From positions 21,576,001-21,640,000 of the forward strand of contig CATNEN010000001.1 in assembly GCA_950097015.1 (NCBI GenBank): a stretch of DNA of 64,000 bases. Direction: 5' to 3'. This document shows, piece by piece, positions 52,937-64,000 of this stretch (positions are counted from its first letter, which is position 1; each line of letters begins with the position of its first letter). The position numbers were made by a program, and so were the translations under genes. The notes below the pieces were generated by a model. The model saw only the letters and a program-made list of their open reading frames with translations, ran no database searches and was not told where the DNA came from. Source of the DNA: Macrostomum hystrix. Its lineage: Eukaryota; Animalia; Platyhelminthes.

Positions 52937-53062
52937 AAAAGTGGGTATCGAATTGGAGCAGGGAATTTTGCCGAGTCGAACCGGACAGGGCGTCCAGCCG
53001 ACCCGATAGCAATTAGGAGTTGCTGTTGGCTCAAACCCAGAGTCCCTGCTCCGCGGCCCACC
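52937..53062 (-). ncRNA. Candidate structured small RNA, copy E
   Basis: Upper stem GGAGCAGGGA/TCCCTGCTCC (compensatory A-U to G-C), motif TTGAGCCAACAGCAACTCC, T4 end. Confidence 0.75.
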
Positions 53063-53456
53063 GATTGAGTTTGGCTTCGATTCTACTATTTAGAGGCTTC
53101 AGCTAGTCGATGTATTGCAAGCAGTTTAGCTTTCGCTGAGAAACTGGCGTGATATTTGCTCACTGCACTACTGACACAGAATGATAAGTAGCATTCAACG
53201 TAAATTAAAACAATTACTCGTACTTCGTACTCGTATTCAAAATTCATCAAGGTACCCAGTTAAGCTACACTGTTTAGTAATTGGACATTTAGTTAATACC
53301 ACAGACAATGCATAATCTGTGGCTAATGCCGTGTATTCAAGCATATATGATCTGAAGTATGTGAATGTAAAACTGTTTCAAAAAGTCTCTCGACTCTCAT
53401 TAATAAGAAGTTCCTTTCCTAAAATTCAGGGAGGATAATCGATCAATTCAGCTGGC

Positions 53457-53584
53457 AAAAGTGGGTGTCGGGTTAGTGTGGGGGAGTAGCCACAAGTCCC
53501 AGCAGTTTTTACCGGGACTTAGCGTGGCAAAGGAGCGGAATTGCTTTTGGCTCAAATCCAATATCCCCCACACTGCGGCCCACC
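53457..53584 (-). ncRNA. Candidate structured small RNA, copy F (divergent subfamily)
   Basis: Upper stem AGTGTGGGGGA/TCCCCCACACT and a different variable hairpin (GCCAC..AAGTCCC/GGGACTTGTGGC), same termini and loop motif. Confidence 0.75.
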
Positions 53585-53915
53585 AACACAAGTCTGTGCT
53601 CAAACTGCTATTTATGCTGCTCAAATGGTACATTGTGCAATAGTTGATTACAAAGCATATTGTTTAAAGCATAAATTTGTAATGACACTACTTCTATCTC
53701 GTCCACCAGTAGTGTGTCATGTATATTTACAGCGTTTTTCATTGTCAACTGGGAAAAGCTATTGCTCGATGCAGATCGAAATGCATCGAGTTAAAGATCG
53801 AACATCAGTCTTACCTATTAGGTACTCTCTAGACAATTTGAAAACCGACTAACCATTGGGCAAAGACATGTTTCAGAAAAAATGAGTTTGACCAAAAGCA
53901 AAGCTAGCTGGTGGC

Positions 53916-54040
53916 AAAAGTGGGTGTCAATTTAGAGCAGGGAATTTTGCCGGGTCGGACCAGACGACATGTCCAGCCGACCCGACAGAGTGAGGAGTTG
54001 CTGCTGGCTCAAGCCCAAACTCCCTGCTCTGCGGCCCACC
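53916..54040 (-). ncRNA. Candidate structured small RNA, copy G (appears identical to copy C)
   Basis: Lies in a ~425-bp duplication of 51987-52410. Confidence 0.75.
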
Positions 54041-54360
54041 GGTTGAGCTGAGCACGGACTCAGCTATTTGAGTCCAATTGAAGCTAATCTCGCAAGCGGC
54101 TCAGCTAGTGCTGCGTAAATTTTCGTCCCCGCGCGCATCATGCTACTGAGTGTGAGTATAGGCTTATTTACAGCGTTTTTTATTTTAATGCATGGTGAAA
54201 TGCATGATATTATAAAAGATCGAATACCAGTGCTAATTTGTAGATGTTTTCCATTTGGACAAAAATAGTATATGTTACTGTACATTTGCTTAAAACGTTT
54301 ATAATTTATGTGACAGCTGCTAATAGGCTCACAAAAAGCAAAGCAAAGCAAGCTAGCGGG

Positions 54361-54463
54361 AAAAGTGGGTGTCAATTTAGAGCAGGGAATGTTGCCGGGT
54401 CGACCCGACATAGAGAGGAGTTGCTGCTGGCTCAAGTCCAAACCCCCTGCTCCGCGGCCCACA
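54361..54463 (-). ncRNA. Candidate structured small RNA, copy H (short variable hairpin)
   Basis: Upper stem GGAGCAGGGGG/TTCCCTGCTCT needs three G-U pairs that form only on the minus strand; T4 end. Confidence 0.72.
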
Positions 54464-54684
54464 GGTCGATTCGGACTCAATTCTATGATATATAGATGCT
54501 GTGTAGTATGTTGTGCAAGTGGTTTAGATTTCGCGAAGGACTTGTGCGTTTTTAGACATGTCATACTACTTGCTTGTAAAGATGAGTAGACTGCGCTTGT
54601 TTCATTTTTTAATATATATCCTCTCTTACATTTTTGTAAAAGCGTTTTTTATTAAGTCATCTAAGTTGTCATAGATTTTGTCCG

Positions 54685-54822
54685 AAAAGATGCGATTTAG
54701 CATAAGGAACTAGCCATATACCCCGACTGTCACCATGCATGGTGACGACGGGGACACATGTGCGGCAAGAAGCGGAATTGCCTTGGCTCTCAAAACCATA
54801 ATCCCTGACGCTGCGACCCACC
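54685..54822 (-). pseudogene. Small RNA copy I, degenerate (F-like subfamily)
   Basis: GGTGGGTCGC start, GAGCCAAGGCAATTCCGC motif, long variable hairpin; broken terminal stem and an internal T4. Confidence 0.55.
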
Positions 54823-55412
54823 AGTTACAACTAAAGAAATAACTTCCTATTATGCTTGTATTACCCGCAATTGTGTATTAAACTAGTAGCTTGCCGTCGG
54901 CAATGCCGGATTTTCTGAGTGTTAACTGTCCACAAAATCTATTAAAATATATTAAATTCTAAATTTAAACAGAATCATCTCTTCAATTTTTAGCAGCATT
55001 TTTTACTGGTAAAAATATCAACTTACTCGTAGAATAACAAGGTAGTTTGTTTCGTTTTTAGCGTATCGATCTCTATAAAAATATTTTGTTGTAAATGGTT
55101 ACAAGTCTGAGAATTTCTGTGCAAGTTTAGATTTTTAAGTTCTTAGAAGTTAGCATATGTGCTAGGATTTTTCCACAAAAATCGTTCATCATTCTATCGA
55201 CTGCTTAAAGCTAAATTTTATTAGCAGCTTCAATCTGTTTCGCTTCAATTAGGCCTAAGATTAATTTTTAAGCTGGTGACAATTGTCGTATTTCTTCATT
55301 TTTAGCCAGTAGGCCTAACTGGGTCATCGTCAAGTATTATTAAGCCTAGGCCCACCCTATTTATTAGTCAACTATTATTAATTAATTGTTCTCTTTGCTT
55401 CTGCTTAGCAAT

Positions 55413-57833
<2,421 letters not shown>

Positions 57834-58644
57834 TCTGACCAGTTTAAGATAATTTGCGCATCCTCTGACAATTTTTATCGGACAGAATTAAACCTGAAAA
57901 TGCTGCGCACAGCTTGCTGTTCTGTCCGTGGACTGGGGAGGTCGATTCACCCATCTTGCTGTGTTATCTTAAGTGTCTGGCTTAAGAGACACACTTTTTC
58001 CTACTGGCCGAGATTCGAACTCCGGATGTGTCAATTAGAATTCTGAAGCTCTAATCATTGCTATGAAAATCCAAAATTAAAAATATTTTGAGACCAGAGT
58101 CCCAAAATCATTATTTGGTTCGATTTTAGCCACAAGTTAAAAGTCTTTTATGCTTGTTTAGATTTCTTTTTTATAAAAAACGTCGCTATTCTGTGTTTTA
58201 TTTTACTGTGACTGTCATCTACAATGTAACGTGAAGATGCGTTTACTAGAAAATATTTGATATGACTCGATTAAAGAACTATTTCATGATAGAATGGTCT
58301 GTCCGACCATTTTGTAATTCCATTTACCTCTTAGTTTTAGTGTGTGGCTCTAAATCAATATAAGTAACTGGTGATTTGCTTCAGCCTTTGTTAATTTGAG
58401 CCAACAAATTCCTTCAACTCACAACTTGACAGTTAAAATTCTGTTGTCAAAATTTTAATATTAGATTCTATATTAAAAATGCTGTGTTAAACTAACCTTT
58501 GTTATGCAATTCATCTGTGTTTTAAAATAAATTTACTAAACTACGTTATCCATGTTCTATTTGGACTACTGTCTGAATTAGTCTCGGGGAATACTTGGAA
58601 AGAGTAGTATGGAATGGAAAAATATTGGAAAACATATAAGTTTC

Positions 58645-58862
58645 TGCCCATTTCGCTGACAAATGAGGACACACACATGTGTGTACAAATGCATTTTTCG
58701 TCGTCTGGCAGTGTACACTTTCACTGTGACTAGGCGTCCATTGCACGACCAGCCTCCAAGCTTTGTTTCCGCGGCTGCGCCCCAAATTAAATGTGGCCTC
58801 GCCGCGGAATCGAGCTCAGGGACCTTGGTGCGAGAGGCGAACGCGTTAACCACTGCCACTCA
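58645..58862 (-). mobile_element. SINE family B, diverged copy
   Basis: Matches head and body of 7885-8232. Confidence 0.8.
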
Positions 58863-59947
58863 CTCCCTTATAAATAACATTAACAGGATCTAAGCATGCA
58901 ATAACCAATAATTAGTAAGGCTAGGGTATATTAGTTAATTAACATGATCACTGATCAGTAAATCAGATATAAGTTAAAAACAATTATGAAAACTATAAGT
59001 AAGGAGACAAATGTTAAATAATGAGCCTTTAGTCCACCTCAAATCAAACAGAAGTCACTAAAATAGTGCAGAAAAAGTGAACATTTCCTGTATCCGTAGT
59101 GTATTTCCTCGAAAACTTGCCTTTTCTAAGAAACGTAGTGTCCCGTCATTCTCCTAGCGGGCCTTGGTATAGATGCCGACTCCCTTAGTCCAGGCCGTCT
59201 TGTCTCGGCGTGCCATCTTTTAATAATTCATCAATCCTTTGGTGGCAGCTCGGGTCATCGCCTATTTTTCATAGATCTATAAGCCATAGCTACAGGAGGC
59301 AGTTTTCCACTGGAAGCCTCGATAATCTATCGATCTCTTGAGTGGCGCGCCTCTTTGATGTCGGTAATTGAATCTCTCGCCTGCGTTTGGTCGGGTCGGC
59401 GAAAAAAAATTTCACTAGCCCCATCCAGTAAGAGCTTGCGTTATAGGAATTATAGTGAGTTCACACTTCACACTTGTGTCTCTTACTCGCGCACAGCGTA
59501 TGTGTGTGTGTGTGTGCTCAAATGTATCGATCGGCCCACTTTGAGCAGACTCATGCATATAAGGTGGTAGAATATATTTCAACAGTACCCGGGGCCTAGT
59601 TCTTTCAGCGTTTGACTAATTTATTAACTGGCAGTCGCCTTGCGTTATTTAACTCCAGCCATTCGGGACTCAAGGTTGGGACATTGCAGTCTGTTTCGGC
59701 ATTTCACTTAATAATAAATGCAATTCTAGAAACTTTGGTGTGCGGCAATTTATCAATTTAATAATTCAAAGCTGTTGCCTTGCTTGCTGGCCGCTTGGCT
59801 TCATTATTTATAGGCTTCAGCGACTGGACACGTCAGGACTTTTGGGGCACTAGCTAGGAGCAAAGGACTTAATACGGATTAGCTATAAGTCATGAGGCAT
59901 TCCCCACTCTTCATCTCACTTCATCACATTTTCTCAGAATCTCTCCA

Positions 59948-60392
59948 TTATCTCTACTCTCACCCATCTTGTCTCCCTTATCTCTCCTCTCACCCATCTT
60001 GTCTCCCTTATCTCTCCTCTCATCCATCTTCTCTCCCTTATCTCTCCTCTCACCCATCTTGTCTCCCTTATCTCTCCTCTCATCCATCTTCTCTCCCTTA
60101 TCTCTCCTCTCACCAATCTTCTCTCCCTTATCTCTCCTCTCACCAATCTCCTCTACTTTATCTCTCCTCTCAACAATATTCTCTCCCATATCTCTCCTCT
60201 CACCAATCTTCTCTCCCTTATCTCTCCTCTCACCAATCTTCTCTCCCTTATCTCTCCTCTCAACAATCTTCTCTCCCTTATCTCTCCTCTCAACAATCTT
60301 CTCTCCCTTATCTCTCCTCTCAACAATCTTCTCTCCCTTATCTCTCCTCTCAACAATCTTCTCTCCCTTATCTCTCCTCTCAACAATCTTCT
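59948..60392. repeat. 30-bp pyrimidine-rich minisatellite (TCTCTCCTCTCACCAATCTTCTCTCCCTTA)n, ~15 copies
   Basis: Directly visible; produces spurious ORFs on both strands. Confidence 0.97.
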
Positions 60393-60975
60393 TTCCTTTC
60401 TCCTTCTATCGCTTCTTCAATTCTTCATTTTCCACCAAGTCTTCTAAGAGTTGGACTCCACATTTTCTGTGTCTTAATTAGCAATTAAGCCAGTAAGTCT
60501 TCATTATCCTCATTATTACAGCTAATACTAGTCCAACGAAAAAAAGTTCTTCCCCCGTACTCAAGATGAGAAAGAAATATTGCGACATGGCCTAGCAACA
60601 TCATGGCTTAGGCCTCAAAAACACGCACTCACATGCACACACCGCACTCCCGTAGTTAATTAGCCGCCCCATTGCTTGCCAGCCGTGCGATTGCAGGCTC
60701 TGTGAATATAGCTCCGCGCCTGATGGCACACCCTCCGCTTGTCAAAGACTTGCTGGGTTTAACAGGAAAATAATTTACGACGCGCGTGCCATGTATTAGC
60801 CGCTTAAATAATTTAAGATTGTCACACTATAATTGGTAGTCCTGTAGCGACACGACTCCCAACACCCACTCCACAGCTCTCCTTTGTGTGACCGCCTAGT
60901 TGCAGTACTGCAGCACTAAGTCAGGCGTGACGCTATTGACATGAGGGAAACTATGGGCTTGCAGGTTTTGGCAGT

Positions 60976-62181
60976 CTGAAGGGTCAGGGGAGTTGGCTAT
61001 GACTGCTCAGACACACAAACACCTGAAGGGTCAGGGGAGTTGGCTATGACTGCTCAGACACAAACACCTGACGGATCAAGGGAGTTGGCTATATGACTGC
61101 TCAGACACACAAACACCTAAAGGATCAGGGGGTAGACTATGACTGCTCAGACACACAAACACCTGAAGGATCAGGGGGGTAGACTATGACTGCTCAGACA
61201 CACAAACACCTGAAGCATCAGGGGGGTAGACTATGACTGCTCAGACACACAAACACCTGAAGCATCAGGGGGTAGACTATGACTGCTCAGACACACAAAC
61301 ACCTGAAGCATCAGGGGGGTAGACTATGACTGCTCAGACACACAAACACCTGAAGCATCAGGGGGTAGACTATGACTGCTCAGACACAAACACCTGAAGG
61401 GTCAGGGGGTAGACTATGACTGCTCAGACACAAACACCTGAAGGGTCAGGGGGTAGACTATGACTGCTCAGACACACAAACACCTGAAGCATCAGGGGGT
61501 AGACTATGACTGCTCAGACACACAAACACCTGAAGCATCAGGGGGTAGACTATGACTGCTCAGACACACAAACACCTGAAGGGTCAGGGGGTAGACTATG
61601 ACTGCTCAGACACACAAACACCTGAAGCATCAGGGGGTAGACTATGACTGCTCAGACACACAAACACCTGAAGCATCAGGGGGTAGACTATGACTGCTCA
61701 GACACACAAACACCTGAAGCATCAGGGGGTAGACTATGACTGCTCAGACACACAAACACCTGAAGCATCAAGGGGTAGACTATGACTGCTCAGACACACA
61801 AACACCTGAAGCATCAGGGGGTAGACTATGACTGCTCAGACACACAAACACCTGAAGCATCAAGGGGTAGACTATGACTGCTCAGACACACAAACACCTG
61901 AAGCATCAGGGGGTAGACTATGACTGCTCAGACACACAAACACCTGAAGCATCAGGGGGTAGACTATGACTGCTCAGACACACAAACACCTGAAGCATCA
62001 GGGGGTAGACTATGACTGCTCAGACACACAAACACCTGAAGCATCAAGGGGTAGACTATGACTGCTCAGACATACAAACACCTGAAGCATCAGGGGGTAG
62101 ACTATGACTGCTCAGACACACAAACACCTGAAGCATCAGGGGGTAGACTATGACTGCTCAGACATACAAACACCTGAAGGG
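60976..62181. repeat. 46-bp minisatellite (CTGAAGCATCAGGGGGTAGACTATGACTGCTCAGACACACAAACAC)n, ~26 copies
   Basis: Directly visible tandem array. Confidence 0.97.
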
Positions 62182-62214
62182 TCGCCTTATAGCATCATAC
62201 TGAGCAATGTTGTT

Positions 62215-62375
62215 TGTCCTTGTCACCAGGATATTCGACAAGAATCACTGAATGTCTCGACGATGCTGACGTTTGACGGCTTTGAAATTTCGTTCATGGC
62301 AATGGATGGAAAATTGATCCATAGGGTAGACTTTCACGAAAACCGGTCAATTCGGTTTCAGGAGATGTCATAAAT
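62215..62375 (+). mobile_element. SINE family C body fragment
   Basis: CGACAAGAATC..TCTCGACGATGCTGAC..GACGGCTTTGAAA..GACTTTCAC matches the reverse complement of 21170-21315. Confidence 0.7.
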
Positions 62376-63829
62376 TAGGCAGTTATGCATTTACTACTTA
62401 ATACTTAAAATTGCATGGTCTATCTACTGTTAAGGCCTCTGAAAAGGTTTTTCATCAAAACGACTTTGTAAATCAATAGTTTGTACTGCCATGTAACACA
62501 CACACACACTAAATCACATACTCTGAATGGGATAAAATATATTAATCATGGACAATAGCTATGAATTGTATGCGTACGATTGTTGGCTAAACTAATGCTT
62601 TAGGCAAACCCCTGGTATTAAAATATTAAGCTAAGAAAATTCCACTATATAGATGTTTCATTCTGTTGAATAACGTCAAAATACTTTCAGACAGATTCCA
62701 GGCCCGAACAAATCGATAAGCAATTGCTGCAGGCAAGCAGACACCCAGATACAGACAGAAATCTGATCTAGCTTCACTCGGAGAGTATAAATAAACAAAA
62801 GCACTGCAGATATCGGGCCTAGCAACAAGTTTTTTTAACAAAATTCTAATATCTTGATTCAAGCTTTTATCGATGCAATTTCTGGATGTTTGCATGCATA
62901 CATTGACTGTTGAATTTTAACTAGTAGGAGTATTTCCCATGGAGACAATTGATAAGGGAGAATGTCATTAGGAAAATAAGCAACCCAAGATGAATAGGGT
63001 TGGAATTAATCCGGAAACCCATCTTTGATTTCGTGCAGGCTGATGTTTAATAGCCTCTTTATCCTTGTACTGCATGCGTCCAGTCGGCTATGGGGTAGAA
63101 AATTAGGTGAGTTCGGCGGCCTCCACAGTCCATGGACTGAATTCAGCTGTACAACCGCCTAGCTCTCACAACTTCGCAACCAAACTTCGGTTTCGATTCG
63201 GCGTAGCGCTAATCCTCGCGAATGTCCAGGCTGTTGTCAAACTTGTATTCCCATTATTATTTTCCTCCAGCTGTGTCCACATGTCGCTTACATAACGGTG
63301 AAATCTTTTCTCCCTGATTTTTTTTCGATAAACCGAATGCGATCATCAGCGGGCATCTGGACCGGGGAGATGAGCTCCGGGGTCCCTCGGGGAATTGTCA
63401 GGAGGTGAGGGGTGGGATATTCCAATTATTTTTATCCCCCGGTTGCGCCAGGGAGATTGCGCAATATAGGAAGGGGAGCGCCATTCATTTTGTGACCCCG
63501 TGTTGTTGTCTTTCTCTGCGGCTAAGCTATCGCTCATCAGTCTCTCGCATTCATCATCATACTTAAGCAGACTGGACACACCGGCGTAGCTGCCGCTTAT
63601 CGGCTCAGATATATGAAACGCGTCCCAGGCCTGGTGAATTATAATTATGGGAAGTGCCAATATGACTAGGAACTGCTGTTGTCTTTGTCTCGATCCTTTC
63701 TCTTATTTAATGAGCATCTAATATCGATTGGGTAAAAATGGACAAAGGAAAGTTTAATATGGATTATTGACAAGATTTTAAACAGTATCTTCACTATAAG
63801 GGATTCTTGCTATGCGTGTTATTAATTAG

Positions 63830-63990
63830 TGTCAGATTATCTATGGTATTTATTTATTGTTGGACTGTCTATGTTATTTACTAAGTTTGGAACTGTCAAT
63901 GGTACTTTTTAAGCGAGGAACTGTCTATGGTACTTATTCATTGTGGAACTGTCTATGGTACTTATTCAGTGTGGAACTGTCTATGGTTTT
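63830..63990. repeat. ~29-bp degenerate repeat (GGAACTGTCTATGGTACTTATTCATTGT)n
   Basis: Several copies at the window end. Confidence 0.75.
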
Positions 63991-64000
63991 AAGCGATGAA

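Noticed and set aside
63346-63660. Possible minus-strand exon (AWDAFHISEPISGSYAG...)
   Set aside because: No recognisable homology or partner exons within the window.

Overview
Eukaryotic (metazoan) genomic DNA with GT-AG introns and a very high minisatellite/SINE content; the composition suggests a free-living flatworm such as Macrostomum, but that is inference only. Eight protein-coding genes can be assembled with phase-consistent splice sites: RPB12/POLR2K, PIG-W, a DCLK3-like kinase, NDUFA8, RAD6/UBE2A, two tandem ankyrin-TRP channels with TRPM-like C-termini, and a C1orf50/DUF2452 homolog. The window also holds three tRNA-derived SINE families, several MITEs, Tc1/IS630 remnants and many tandem repeats; most long ORFs over repeats are artefacts. 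The most notable observation is a tandem cluster (47.5-54.9 kb) of nine co-oriented copies (about six apparently intact) of a ~105-140 nt structured small-RNA gene on the minus strand. The copies show compensatory base changes in an 11-bp stem, a conserved loop motif, oligo-T terminators and conserved upstream TATA-like, PSE-like and dyad elements, an architecture resembling Y RNA/stem-bulge RNA Pol III genes. All coordinates were read by eye and may be off by a few bases, especially repeat boundaries.
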